The notes: generated by a model from the sequence alone, not told the origin. A stretch of 63,929 nucleotides of DNA, filler included, from Octopus bimaculoides (GCF_001194135.2; 3 parts of 3 records of this genome joined end to end with filler, not necessarily neighbours in it), one strand, 5' to 3'; positions 50,150 through 63,690 are shown, numbered from the whole stretch's first letter. Translations and numbers: made by a program.

Positions 50150-50600
50150 ATCATCATCATCGTTTAACATCTGGTTTTCATGCTGGCATGGGTTAGACGG
50201 TTTGACAGATGACTGGAAAGCCAGGAGGCTGAACCAGGCTCCAATCTGACCTGGCAAAGTTTCTACAGCTGGATGCCCTTCCTAATGCCAACCACTCCGA
50301 GAGTGTAGTAGGTGATTTTTATGTGTCACTGGCATGGGGGCCAGTCAGGCGACACTGGCATCAACCATGCTCAAATGGTGCTTTTTACGTGCCACCAGCA
50401 CGGGTGCCAGTCAGGTGGCACTGGTATCGACCACGCTCAAATGGTGCTTTTTATGTGCCACCAGCACTCGTATCAGCTGTGTTCGAATGGTGTTTTTTAC
50501 ATGCCACTGGCATGGATGCCAGGCAGGGGTCACTGGTATTGGCCATGGCTACAATCTCACTTGGTTTGTTGGTCTTCTTAAACACAGCAAAGATCTCGGT
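50150..50600 (-). mobile_element. Family C retroposon with (GAT)n tail and an internal ~55-bp tandem repeat
   Basis: Matches 17556-17755. ATGGTGCTTTTTA(C/T)GTGCCAC recurs at about 50375, 50441 and 50487. Confidence 0.85.
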
Positions 50601-50727
50601 CACTTGACGAATGGGGCTGTAATTTAACCCCAGGAGACATCATCTCCAGCTGGCTATACGACACAATCTGTGTCCTTATATTTTCAAACAAGGGAATCTA
50701 GCACCCCCACTCAGCTCAAAACAATAT

Positions 50728-50770
50728 CTGTGTATCACGATTTCCAGGTTATTTCCCTTCATCAGCACAG
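50728..50770 (-). ncRNA. Minimal type I hammerhead ribozyme motif
   Basis: Minus strand: CTGTG CTGATGA AGG-GAAATAA-CCT G GAAA TCGTGA TA CACAG. Perfect 5-bp stem I, near-palindromic ATCGTGAT stem III, AUA triplet. Confidence 0.75.
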
Positions 50771-50920
50771 AATAATTGTGCTAAATTACAGTAACATTTG
50801 TTCTAAACCAGGACTGCCATGATATGTTGGCAAACAGTCTTTACTACAATTAATCATCAGGTTTTGCAAGTTTTTTTTTTAAATTCAAGAATATATTTAT
50901 CTTTCAAAGTTAATCACACA

Positions 50921-50959
<39 letters not shown>

Positions 50960-51721
50960 CTTAGCTATATGTTGGCTTGGTTTCTCTAGTCAGGCTTCAC
51001 ATCATATAGAGAGGGGGAAGTGAGAGTAAAAAAATGGTATAAATAGAGGGAGTGGGTGAAGGTAAAAGAAAGTATAGTATGTGTTAACATATGAGATGCT
51101 GGGTGAATGTTAATAACTTTCTGAAAAATGTTACTGTTTTTATATGCAAAGCAGACATAGGCTTTTGACAAAGTAGTTTGCGATTATGTTGACATTCAGA
51201 ATAATAACTTTTATTACATATATATAAAAAGAAATATGTAGTATTTAATTATATTTTAAGGTAATAAATATTTTCATTTTGAAAATTAATATTCATTTCA
51301 TCATTTTGTGTAAGCACAGAGGAATTCGATAAAAGTTAAATAATTATTGTAGATAAGCTATATTCTGTACTATTAACCATGGTGGCAAAAATACACTTCC
51401 AAAACTATCTGTCATATGACAGGTAATACTAGTCATCATCATAATCATTTAAGACATGTCTTCCATGCTGGCATGGGTTAGATGGTTTGACAGGAGCTGG
51501 CAAGGCTGGAGAGCTGCTCAGGTCCCATTGTCTGCTTTGGCTTCTAATCCTGCATAGATCCATGGATCTACGTAGGATTGCACCTAAGGACTCATGCTCT
51601 GGTTTCTATGACTTCAGAAAATTGAACTATGAACTTTTATGCTTCTTTTTCTTCTTTCTTTCCATCTCATTCTTTTACTCCCTTCCTCAATGTCGTCATC
51701 TCATTTTCATTTTCCATATCC

Positions 51722-51777
51722 ATCTCTGATGACAGGATATCCCCTATTTGGAGATATCTCAGAAACAGCTGTAAGAT
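51722..51777 (+). ncRNA. Minimal type I hammerhead ribozyme motif
   Basis: Stem I ATCT/AGAT; CTGATGA 51726-51732; stem II GGATATC/GATATCT; GAAA 51762-51765; palindrome ACAGCTGT; GUA triplet. Confidence 0.78.
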
Positions 51778-52001
51778 TTTGAATTTTTACAATAATAATA
51801 TTGTATACAACTTGAGATGTTTGCCTTGCCTCAATGTTTGCTGTCCTGTTTAGCAATTATATATCTGCTGCATGGGAAAAATGCAATGGCTATATAACCA
51901 CCATCTCGGCTATAACCCTTGTAGCCCTAGTAATCCATTACAGCACTTACACCTGTGAATTAAGCCACTATACTTTGTGTGTGTGCTGTGTGTGTGTGTG
52001 T

Positions 52002-52044
<43 letters not shown>

Positions 52045-52253
52045 NNNNNNNNNNNNNNNNNNNNNNNNNNNNNNNNNNNNNNNNNNNNNNNNNNNNNNNN
52101 NNNNNNNNNNNNNNNNNNNNNNNNNNNNNNNNNNNNNNNNNNNNNNNNNNNNNNNNNNNNNNNNNNNNNNNNNNNNNNNNNNNNNNNNNNNNNNNNNNNN
52201 NNNNNNNNNNNNNNNNNNNNNNNNNNNNNNNNNNNNNNNNNNNNNNNNNNNNN

Positions 52254-52302
<49 letters not shown>

Positions 52303-52829
52303 CATTTTTTCAGACATAATACATATGTTATATATGCATATTTCTCACAAACATATGATGACTTGTGTGGTGACATTGTTTAACCTTTTAGCATTTAAAT
52401 CAGCCATATCTGGTCCAAATATTCCACTTGTTTTATGTCAAAACTGACCAGATCCAGTCTCTCACACCAACCCTACAATGTCAGGAAGCTACAGAATAAG
52501 CCATGATTAATTCAAAGCAATGTGAATAAATAAGAAATGTTTGACAAAAAAATATCTGAATGCTGAAGAGGAGTTGTACGCCATCAATCTCACTCTTTCA
52601 TCCATGATTGTCTTCAGTCTCGCAACAAGACCAGGTTGAGATGAATGGAGATGGAGACAGATGTAGCAAATGACCAAGATGTCTTGCTTCACCATGCTCT
52701 CTGCAGTCCATAATGCATTGCATTAGCTGCCTTTCTTCCTGTTGGTTTATGAAGGTTTCTTGCATAGAGTCCATGAGAACCAGTGATTAATTGGTTTACA
52801 CAAATTCAAAATAAAGAAAAAAAACTAAA

Positions 52830-54980
52830 TTCATTCAGATAAATATTTCAAATTACCATGCTACTTAATAAGGTTCTGAAGCTTGCAAAGAAAATTTCAG
52901 AAATAACTAGAGATTAAACTAATGTTATATTAGCGGCAAGAAAATCCGTTATCAAAGTTGAGAAAATTGAATTAGATAAAATAAGCTCAATATGTTTGAC
53001 ATATGCATGGGTTCTACGGATTCGGTGCAGGTTACAGTTTTAGTATGAATTTATATTATATTTTGCCTAAATAGGAAATTCCCTGAAATAGCAGAAGGTC
53101 TATATAGGGATGATGCACTTTTTACAATAGTAAACACATCTAGTAGAATGATAGAAAACAGAAAATTTTTAAAACTCTTTGGAAACATAGGATTATCAAT
53201 AATGATAGAAAATGAGCACAACTCTGTTGTTTCATTAGATATCAACAAAGGAATTTATAAACCATTTCATGAAGCTAATAAAAACATAAAATATATAAAC
53301 ATTGACAGCAATCACCCCAAATTGGTAACAAACTCACTAATAAAGAACATTTCGACAAGAATAACCAACCTATCTGCCAGAGTATTTTCAAACTAAATGA
53401 CTACTATAACTTAACATTTAACAAAGCAGGGTATAAAGATAAAATGAAGTTTAATAAGGTGAATAACAAACCTAAATTCAATAACACAAATCTAAAATCT
53501 AGTACTCTAAATAAATCTGCGAACAAGCAAAATAGTAACAGAAACTTAAAATTAAATATAAAATTTAATAAAATAATGAGAAAAGGGAATTCTAATGGGG
53601 AGAATAATTCAATAAAGTATTATTGAAATTTGAAAAGAGGAAAAATTATTAGAAAGTTGACAACCAAGTTAAAACTTCTCAAGCTGCTTGTAGGTATGAA
53701 GATAAAATAATCTCTAATAAAAACTAAAATTCTTTTAATATAAAAACACCTAAAGAATTTAAAGATAAAATAAACACTAGCCTAGATATAGGTCGAAATG
53801 GAAGAATACCTACTCCTTCAAAAAACTGGTATAAACATCAAGATCATAATTATAACTCAAAAAATACTCTGTGGTTAATTATTCCATTCAGTAAGCAAAT
53901 GAATTATAATTTTGCCAAATTGTTCAATACAGCAATAGAAAAATATTTTCCTAAGAATTATAGATATGGAATTTTTAGGAAACACAATCCATTTGGCCTA
54001 TTCTAATAGTAGAAGCATTGCATAAATAATAGATCATAACGAAAAAATGATTTCAAAATTTCAAAAAATCTATTCTGATCAGAGTGGGAAAGTAAATATT
54101 CAGAATGATAATGTCACACTGAATAAAAAAAAATTAAAAAAACTCGGAAGAAAATGCTACAAATTTGACAGTCATAGAAAGGGAAACAACCCAGTTTAAT
54201 CTAATTAATAACAGAATCAAATAAAAATTCCACTAGAAATGCAACAAATATAAGTATAATGCGATGTGAAAGAGTAAATAGTAATAAAGAATTTAGCAAA
54301 AACAAATCTGAGAGAAACATAAAAAAATTATCTCCTGTTCTGTTAATAATAAATGTAAGACTAAAAATATAATATATAGATGTAAAGTTACATCTGAGGG
54401 AAATGAATACTTTTACATCGGTGCAACTGCACTAATTTTCAAAAGCCTGACTAATCACTTAAATTCATTTACAAATAGAAATATAAAATTCCAAACAAGA
54501 TTAACTAGGTCAATCTGGTCTATTAAAAACAAAAACAAAGATTATACTATCAACTAGGAATTAATTAGTACTGCAAAACCTTACAGACCTGGAACTAGTA
54601 AATGTGGCCTAGAAAAATTTTACCAAAGTTTTACATCAGAGGCTAATAGAAAAAATCTAGACAAGAACAAGCTTTAAGATGCTTGGCTATAAGAAAATTT
54701 ACCTTTGCTCAATGTAAATGAGTTATAAATATTTTAGCAATGAAATTTTTTTAAATAACTGACTATAAGGAATAAACGAATGATTATCCAATCAATACTT
54801 GGTATTGAAAATAGTTCATGTCTAAATTAACATACAATTCCACTTCATTGAATGCATAGAAAATCAACATAAAACTTTAACTAGCTAAATGTCCAAAGAT
54901 AGTATAGTGAAAACCCTAAAGAAACTGCAATTGCAACAGCATCTAACCGATGCAGTTGAAACATATGTAGGTCCATTTGA
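52830..54980 (+). mobile_element. Penelope-like element remnant 2 (RT core to GIY-YIG and 3' UTR)
   Basis: MFDICMGSTDSVQVT, GLYRDDAL (YRDD 53103-53114), YKPFHEAN...YINIDSNHP, IIY-RCKVTSEGNEYF-YIG (54369-54422), PYRPGTSKCGL. Many stops and frameshifts. Degenerate hammerhead end GAAACATATGTA at 54958-54969. Confidence 0.9.
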
Positions 54981-55433
54981 GGCTGGTTTTAAATATAAAA
55001 ATGAATTAAAGGTAATGTTAATGCCACTTCACCATAATCCTTAATAAAATTGAATAGAGTCAAGAATGCGTATGCTTAGACGGCTACACTACACGTTTTG
55101 GTACAACATAGATCCACATATACACAGGATGTATACAGTAATATTACCAGCTATTTGGTGATTCTAAGGGTGAACAAGTTCTACTTTGTACTATACAACG
55201 TTTCTAATGGAATACACCTTAAATATATAACTTTTATGTGTGTGATATTTCATTATACAACCGTAATATGCTACAAAGTATATTAAACATTTTTATAAGT
55301 CAATACCTTGTTCTTCTGTGTTAGCAGTGTTACTACATCACTCATTAGAGTTATCTCTAAAGATAGTCTATAGGAATTACAGCCAACAGTGATTTTGTTC
55401 GGATGTTTTTGTATCTGAGACGTCAGATGTGTG

Positions 55434-55472
<39 letters not shown>

Positions 55473-56125
55473 CCCCTTCTTTTGACATCACATGATAGTT
55501 GTAAAAAAACAGTCTTTGTCATATAGAATTTGTTATGCAAAAATTGTAACATTCTTTTAATTAAACAAATTATTCATATGTGGAGTTAATTGGATCTAAA
55601 AATATTAAATAAAACTGTTTTGTAAAAAGGTTAACATATTTACTTTTATTTAACAATATATAGAATATTTATGTTATAGAATTTTATTTACAGCAACACA
55701 NNNNNNNNNNNNNNNNNNNNNNNNNNNNNNNNNNNNNNNNNNNNNNNNNNNNNNNNNNNNNNNNNNNNNNNNNNNNNNNNNNNNNNNNNNNNNNNNNNNN
55801 NNNNNNNNNNNNNNNNNNNNNNNNNNNNNNNNNNNNNNNNNNNNNNNNNNNNNNNNNNNNNNNNNNNNNNNNNNNNNNNNNNNNNNNNNNNNNNNNNNNN
55901 NNNNNNNNNNNNNNNNNNNNNNNNNNNNNNNNNNNNNNNNNNNNNNNNNNNNNNNNNNNNNNNNNNNNNNNNNNNNNNNNNNNNNNNNNNNNNNNNNNNN
56001 NNNNNNNNNNNNNNNNNNNNNNNNNNNNNNNNNNNNNNNNNNNNNNNNNNNNNNNNNNNNNNNNNNNNNNNNNNNNNNNNNNNNNNNNNNNNNNNNNNNN
56101 NNNNNNNNNNNNNNNNNNNNNNNNN

Positions 56126-56189
<64 letters not shown>

Positions 56190-56552
56190 ACACACACACA
56201 CACACACATATGCAAATAGAGCCATATACTTGCACACACCATTGTATTTGTGCTGAGATCAACATTTTTCTTTTCATGACTAAGTAAAATTGTTTGTGTG
56301 TAGAATTAATAGAGCAAAAGTTAATTAAACTCGTTATGCTATGTTAGGTAAAAGTTCAAGTGTAGATATTTACATAAGACTCCTGAAGACAAAAAAAGAA
56401 TATATGTTACCATGAGGTTTACATACAACCACAAAGAAACCTACTCAATGTCTATGTAACCCATAGTAACAGATAATATTCCGTATTTCAAATCTTTTTT
56501 TTGTGATCCATTCGTTGACAAGGACATAAATTCATTGCCTCAACAACCTGTT

Positions 56553-56722
56553 TAACATTATTTACATTTGATGGCTATTTGTCCTCATATTGTTTGTTGT
56601 TAACACAACGTTTCGGCTGATATACCCTCCAGCCTTCATCAGGTGTCCTGGGGAAATTTCGAACCTGGGTTCTCATTCCTAAGGTATTCTTCAATATTAT
56701 TATTATCATTCATGTCACTGCC
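56553..56722 (-). mobile_element. Family D hammerhead-bearing repeat, second copy
   Basis: Reverse complement of about 27083-27225. Confidence 0.85.
56602..56647 (-). ncRNA. Minimal type I hammerhead motif identical to 27128-27173
   Basis: All 46 nt are identical to the 27 kb copy. Confidence 0.75.
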
Positions 56723-56729
56723 CGAAATT

Positions 56730-56800
56730 TTTTGTCAAACCATCTAACCCATGCCAGTATGGAAAATGGACACTAAACGATGATGATGATGATGATGATA
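56730..56800 (+). mobile_element. Family C retroposon 3' end with (GAT)n tail
   Basis: AACCCATGCCAGTATGGAAAATGGACACTAAACGATGATGATG. Confidence 0.75.
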
Positions 56801-56839
56801 TATGTATGTATATATGTATGTATGTGTGTGAGTGTGTAT

Positions 56840-57060
56840 CTGTGTATCTTTATGTATGTGTTTGTTCTCCCACCACTGCTTGCCAACCAGAGTTGGCTTG
56901 TTTACATCTCCATAACTTAGCACTTGGTCAAAAAGAGACCGTTATAACGAGTACCAGGTTTTAAAATAATTGGTACTGGGGTCAATTTATTCATCTAAAT
57001 CTTTCAATGTCATGTCTCAGCATGACTGCAGTCCAATGACCCAAACAGACAAAAGATGGA
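56840..57060 (+). mobile_element. SINE family A, diverged 3' half
   Basis: Collinear with 48420-48630. Confidence 0.7.
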
Positions 57061-57559
57061 AGATTGTCTCTAATAAAAATAACCATCAACCTCAGAGATT
57101 AGGCAAACAAGGTTATATTCACTTGAGAATACTAGAAAGCTTAACACTACATCATTTGTACTTTCTTAGGGCTTGATAAAATTTTCTTCCAATTGTTGTT
57201 TTTAGAATGGTGGAATCTTTGGAATTGAAAATGTACAGCACTATTAGAATTTCATTGCTTACTTTCAGGCCTCACTTTTATACATTTTCATCTTTTCTTA
57301 GCGATGGAAAAAAATGCATCTTTAATGTACTTTGTTTAGGCCTCATACCTGACCAAAATAAATTGATTCTCAAAATACATTATCTGTTAATACTTGGTTT
57401 TTGGTGTTGTGTATTTACATCAATCTCCAGGATTCTTTCTTTCATAAATTCATGGTTTATTTTTCTTTTTTCTTTTACAATTTAAACATTTTTATATTTC
57501 ATATTTACTCTTAATATGTTGTGACACCAAGTACCTGAGGTAAAAAGCTGTTTTCTATT

Positions 57560-58050
57560 ACATGTTCCTGTTTTTATAAAATATACAACCTTGTAGATAC
57601 ATGTACAATGCACACACACACACACACACACACACAATACACATAACAGAAACATGCATTATACACAATACATGCACATGCAAATACACACATACAATAT
57701 ATGCACATTGAATATACACGAATACATGCACATGCAATATGCTTAACATGCACAATATATATTAATACCTATGCAAACAATGTATATGCATGTGCATAAT
57801 ATTTATGATGCATAATACATACATATATACAAGACATACACATTATATACAATGCAATAATGTATGCAAATATGCACAATACGCAATACATATGCATACA
57901 ATATGCATAATACATACATACAAAATAGGCATAATAAAAGCACACATACACATGTATATAATACACATGCACACATATTACATGTTTATGATACACATGC
58001 ACATACAGAGTAGGCAGACATATGCAAAACACACATGCATTAAAAACTAA
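57560..58050. repeat. Degenerate (CA/TA/ATGC) low-complexity tract
   Basis: Seen directly. Confidence 0.85.
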
Positions 58051-58310
58051 ATATACAATGGGAAATAGCTAAGAGTGGAGTACTGAATACTGTACACAGC
58101 ATGTAATTTACTGAAGTTTCTCTCCAAGTTGGAGACAACACAAAACCTAACAGCAAATTTTAGAGACCCTCAAGAAAGTGAGAAGATTTTAATTAAAACA
58201 ATTTTCAAATAGATTTTCATCATTAGAGGTGTAATTACAAATCGTCATGGCTAGTGAGTGTGTACAAAAATGCAAAATACTGAACTGTAGCCAAGGTAGG
58301 ACTAATTAAG

Positions 58311-58356
58311 TTATTACTGACGAGGTTTTTAAAGAAGCTGAAAAATGTTGATAGTT
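58311..58356 (+). ncRNA. Highly degenerate hammerhead-like remnant
   Basis: CTGACGA 58317-58323, wobble-rich stem II, GAAA 58340-58343, AATGTT (one change from palindromic CATG-TT). Confidence 0.3.
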
Positions 58357-58548
58357 GGCTTCTTCAAACAATCAAAGTATTGTCTGCTTTATAAGAATTT
58401 GTGCCTGGTATTGAGTACATCTCACCATAAAACACACACACACACACAAAAAACACATGCCTTTTGCTCTTTGGTGTTTCAATCATAAATAGATTGGTAC
58501 ATATGCGCACACACAGACACACATACACTCCCATGCACACACACAACA

Positions 58549-58587
<39 letters not shown>

Positions 58588-59386
58588 GAGCAGTGAGTGA
58601 AGTTTTGGAGTGGGTGAGGTGTTGCAGAGGAAGTCAGGAATGGTAAAATGTAGGAAGAGGAGAGTAACAAAAGTTAATCGGGTTTTATGGCTTTCATTAA
58701 TAAAAGATGAACAAAATGATTTCTTGATTTTATGCTTACTTTCATGATCTGTAACTATACAAAGATTGTTTATTGTAATGCGTGCATGTATAGACGTATA
58801 AACATGTATATACATACAAACACATAAACATGAACGCATACATCTATGAATGTGTAAACATATACGTAACAAACTATCTAGATATTTCTCTGCATGTGAG
58901 TGTATATGTGGTTATATCTGAGATATGTCTGTCTGTGTATATAGATGTTTTTATGAGGCCACATGTTGATAAAGGGATATATATATATATATATATATAT
59001 ANNNNNNNNNNNNNNNNNNNNNNNNNNNNNNNNNNNNNNNNNNNNNNNNNNNNNNNNNNNNNNNNNNNNNNNNNNNNNNNNNNNNNNNNNNNNNNNNNNN
59101 NNNNNNNNNNNNNNNNNNNNNNNNNNNNNNNNNNNNNNNNNNNNNNNNNNNNNNNNNNNNNNNNNNNNNNNNNNNNNNNNNNNNNNNNNNNNNNNNNNNN
59201 NNNNNNNNNNNNNNNNNNNNNNNNNNNNNNNNNNNNNNNNNNNNNNNNNNNNNNNNNNNNNNNNNNNNNNNNNNNNNNNNNNNNNNNNNNNNNNNNNNNN
59301 NNNNNNNNNNNNNNNNNNNNNNNNNNNNNNNNNNNNNNNNNNNNNNNNNNNNNNNNNNNNNNNNNNNNNNNNNNNNNNNNNNNNNN

Positions 59387-59432
<46 letters not shown>

Positions 59433-60769
59433 TAACAATATAGTGAGTGTGTGTCTGCATGATAAAAACGTGAAGATGTGTGTGTGTATGCGTGTTTTAA
59501 AATATCCTAAAAAGAATTAATTAAAATCATTCATAATACTTTTATTTGCAGTTCTGGAATCCAAAAAAGAGATTAATGGAATAGAAACATTTATATTGTT
59601 GTTTTATGACTTCAGAGACTTAAATATTCTGGAATAATTTAATATCTGGTTATGAAATTATATTTTTTGGGTGAATCATTATTGAGAGCCAATCAGCAGA
59701 GTATAAAAGTTTTAGATTGGGCGAATCCGTTTCTCCTGTTAATGTATATGACGTTTAAAATAAAACCGATAATGATAGTTGTTAGTTGGTGAATATGCCT
59801 CACTTACAGTTGATAATATTTCTCAGCTCATATCTTTTATTCGATTATTTTATGAGACAAAAAACTGTTAGGAATCTTCCTGAAGTTTAGTATTAAGCTT
59901 TATTGTTCGAGACAAATGCATTCTATAATTTTAAGTTTAGTTGGACACATCTGTTTTATTGCACAAAGTTAGTGCATATGTAGAAGTCACAATGCAGGTT
60001 CCTGCTCTGAAAGATATTCAATATGAGACGCAGTTTGCAGGGAAAAGACCACCTTAATATCAAGTGATTTCAGTATAAAGAGTGTATTACCATTTATCAG
60101 AGAAAGGTGGGGGGTGGGGGGAGGGGCACTGAGAGAATCTAGAGTACCAGACAAAAGACCTTCGTTTCTGTTCTGTTCAAAGCCCACCTAATTTTTTTTT
60201 TTTTTTTACCACTGAAACCAATTCTTTTCTCTTTTTCTCACTGCCTGTCTCTCACACTCTTTCTTTCACTCACTCACTCACTCTTTCTCTCTCTCTCCCT
60301 GCCAACCTGTCTGTCTGTCCATTTTCCTGTCATTCATCCACTCTTTCTCTCTCTCTCCCCACCCATCTGTCTTTCTCTCTGGCTGTGTTATACCTGATGA
60401 AGGATAGTCTCCTCCAACTCTAAAATACCCAACATATCATATGCCAAGACGGTACCCCTCACGACTCCACCAAGAAATGAGAGCCCAAGTATGGAAGCTA
60501 TATTCATGGTAGGCATCTATGGTGATCTCAGTCTTCTGTTACACTTATGCTACAAGTTCATGGCTGGTAATTAAAGATAGTGTGTTCAATGCCCAGGTTG
60601 ACATGACATGCCACAAGCAGGGTTCTTAAACTCCCAAGATTATTCATCTATTCTCTGTTGACCGACATATGTATAGGTCATTCGAACTATCTTGTTATCA
60701 ACTAAGTTGATGACTGATGCTACGTGCTGTAAATTTCCTAGCTTTAATAGTATCACAAAAGGCCTGGTT

Positions 60770-60920
60770 GGAGTTCTTTTACAGGGCTTACAAAAGCTGA
60801 AGGACTGCTGCAACAAGTACGTGAATCTGAGAGGGGAATATATTGTATAAAATCATAATAAATCAATCCTTCTGTATTTTCTTTTACCCAAAGCCAAAAA
60901 CTTTTCAGCACTCCCTTGTA
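60770..60920 (+). mobile_element. Mariner 3' end remnant
   Basis: C-terminal KL..C..(L)RGEYIV* pattern, then TIR ACTTTTCAGCACTCCCTTG-TA similar to the 9340-9359 TIR. Confidence 0.65.
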
Positions 60921-60959
60921 TACATATGTATAGATGTAAGTAAATTTATAAATAACCCT

Positions 60960-61085
60960 TTCTACTACAGGATCAAGGCCTGAAATTTGGGGGAAAGGTG
61001 GCTAGTTAATTACATTGACTCCAGGGATCAAGTAGTACTTATTTTATTGATCCTGATAGTATGAAAGACAATGTCGACCTCAGCG
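60960..61085 (-). mobile_element. SINE family B, 3' half
   Basis: CAAGGCCTGAAATTTGGGGG...GTCGACCTCAGCG. Confidence 0.75.
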
Positions 61086-61341
61086 TGCAAACGGTTCTGT
61101 CAGGTCGCTGCCTTAAGTAAATTTATAAATAATACTTTCAGATTATTTACATATCTTGGAGAGTTAGTGGTGGAATATTGGTGAATAGAGATTTAGTTAG
61201 AAAAACTCAAACCTTTATTAACTCACTTTCACTCTCTATTTCCTTATTTTCCTTGGTTTCTCCATCTTCCAAATCTTCCGCCAGAACTTATAAATACACC
61301 ACTGGGATCTTTTCCCTTTGAATGGCACATCGAGAAATTAA

Positions 61342-62127
61342 TTTTTTGTAACTAAACACTTTCAAACTTCGGACACTGGTAGAATGTGTCATATAAAACA
61401 TCTTTTACTCTTAGTGTTGCTGAGAAAAGTTTATATTTTTAAAGTTATTTTGTGTTAAAGTTGTCACATCTTGGTAATTTCAACCAATCAATGACGTATT
61501 CAGCTGAATAAAATTATTGCTGTTGTTTGTCAACAACAACTATCGGCAGTGTATATTTCGTTTGTCACTGTTATTTATGACATCGTTCGTGCGTTTGTAC
61601 NNNNNNNNNNNNNNNNNNNNNNNNNNNNNNNNNNNNNNNNNNNNNNNNNNNNNNNNNNNNNNNNNNNNNNNNNNNNNNNNNNNNNNNNNNNNNNNNNNNN
61701 NNNNNNNNNNNNNNNNNNNNNNNNNNNNNNNNNNNNNNNNNNNNNNNNNNNNNNNNNNNNNNNNNNNNNNNNNNNNNNNNNNNNNNNNNNNNNNNNNNNN
61801 NNNNNNNNNNNNNNNNNNNNNNNNNNNNNNNNNNNNNNNNNNNNNNNNNNNNNNNNNNNNNNNNNNNNNNNNNNNNNNNNNNNNNNNNNNNNNNNNNNNN
61901 NNNNNNNNNNNNNNNNNNNNNNNNNNNNNNNNNNNNNNNNNNNNNNNNNNNNNNNNNNNNNNNNNNNNNNNNNNNNNNNNNNNNNNNNNNNNNNNNNNNN
62001 NNNNNNNNNNNNNNNNNNNNNNNNNNNNNNNNNNNNNNNNNNNNNNNNNNNNNNNNNNNNNNNNNNNATGTTTTATGTGCCACATTCTACCAGTATACGA
62101 ATTTTGAAAGTGTTTAGTTACAAAAAG
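61342..62127. repeat. About 60-bp inverted arms flanking a gap (foldback/MITE-like)
   Basis: TTTTTGTAACTAAACACTTTCAAA..TCG...ACTGGTAGAATGTG.CA.ATAAAACAT at 61342-61401, with its reverse complement at 62068-62127. Confidence 0.8.
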
Positions 62128-62139
62128 TTATTTTTTAAA

Positions 62140-62372
62140 TGTGCCGGCCAAAGGGAAAAGATCCCGCCACTGTCAATATGTGGAAATTTGACTACTACTT
62201 CTATCATATCAAGCAACCCCATACAGAGTCGGCTCAAAGTACCGGCAACTCGGGCAGTCGTCCGGGGCGCCAAGGAGGGCGTGATAAAGACAAGGAAATT
62301 ACCACGACCGTCAGCTCGTACACGCCAAAGTTCAGCTTGCCTGGGGCGCCAGCATCCCTAGGGCCGGCCCTG
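62140..62372. mobile_element. Probable hAT-type MITE
   Basis: Right end CCTAGGGCCGGCCCTG and degenerate left end GTGCCGGCC; GC-rich interior. Confidence 0.5.
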
Positions 62373-63479
62373 ACCCCATAGAAGCTGTAGCGAGATCTGA
62401 TGGGTAACTGCGTATTTAGGCTGCATGTTGTTCCCATATAAAACCAAATTCACAGAAAAATTCGTGTAGTAATTTCACAAGACCGTGTAAGCAGTTGAAC
62501 GTAATTTATTGTGTTGCATTTGTATGAATAGATTTTCATGAATTACATTTAATAGAAACAGTATGGTAGAAATAACATAATATGGCATGCAAAGAAAATG
62601 TCCGTTTGAAGTTTAACACTTGGGCTGATTTTGATATTAAGCATATATACAGGTGCCGTATCGTGGTTTCTTCTTCGATAGAACAGCTCGAGGGAGAGTG
62701 TGTAATTCGAAACTCGACCCAAGACACTCTAAACATAACGCGAGTGGAGAGGACATCTGGACACACTGAGAAATTGGAGCCCTTTTATTGACTGTATTTA
62801 TAGGCTTTGCTCACGGAAAGTTCCAGACAGGCTACAGGACTATCACGTGAACAACAGCCGTTAATTGAACAATATATTGGTTGCGTGCATGATCAAACTG
62901 CGATTGAATTGTCATTTGAAAATCTTTTGTGGCAAAACGCGGGTTCTAATCCAATGCTACAAGGCTTTCCAAAATAAAGCTGATAAACTTACAGATGTTT
63001 CAATTTCAGCAGTCATCTTACCCGGTTACGCATCTCAAGTACAACAACCTAAACACAAGAATCATGTTCGATACGTATTCTGGTTTACACCCGCCACTCA
63101 TGAAAAAAGGACGATTCTATTACAACTAAACTACGTTTATATCACATTTATACCGTAAGCAGGTGTGCGTATTCTTTACCTTCGCCCCCTAAGCAACCCT
63201 TATCAGCACACTCACACACATCTCTTATCAAACTAACTACAAAAGTAATAGCATAACAATCCGCTTACGACACTAAATAAATTCACCAATGCAACAACAG
63301 TCACACAGCGATTTTTCAGGAAACTGTCACCTGTCTGCAACCAATGAAATAAGTATCAATCATGTACCGGTTCTATTTACCGAATAATACTTATCTCCGT
63401 CAAATTCAGGAAATAACCAATACTAAATCTGACGCACACTAAAAGCAATTTGAGAGAAAATTTTACAACGCAATATCCT

Positions 63480-63690
63480 TTTCTACTCAAGGCACAAGGC
63501 CCGAAACTTTAGGGGAGGGGGCAGTCGATTAGATCGATCCCAGTACGCAACTGGTACTTAATTTATTTACCCCGAAAGGATGAAAGGCAAAGTCGACCTC
63601 GGCGGAATTTGAACTCAGAACGTAATGACAGACGAGATAACTTTAAGCATTTCACCCTGCGTGCTAACGTTTCTGCCAGCTCGCCGCCTT
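63480..63690 (-). mobile_element. SINE family B, full length
   Basis: Minus strand GGCGGCGAGCTGGCAGAAACGTTAGCACG...GAGTTCAAATTCCGCC (B-box-like)...GGCCTTGTGCC. Confidence 0.9.

Noticed and set aside
50330-50520. Repeat-spacer-like ~55-bp units as a CRISPR array
   Set aside because: The units are tandem and lack unique spacers, lie inside a retroposon, and no cas genes are present in this eukaryotic context.
52580-52620. Minus-strand CTGAAGA...GAAA
   Set aside because: Poor stem II, no palindrome or NUH triplet, no stem I. Probably a chance match in LINE-like debris.
60393-60420. CTGATGA followed by an AGGA/TCCT hairpin
   Set aside because: No GAAA, palindromic stem III or stem I follows. 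Too incomplete to call a hammerhead.
62640-62990. GC-richer, coding-looking stretch with acceptor-like sites
   Set aside because: Stops occur in all frames within about 60 codons and there is no recognisable domain. It cannot be assigned as exon or TE.
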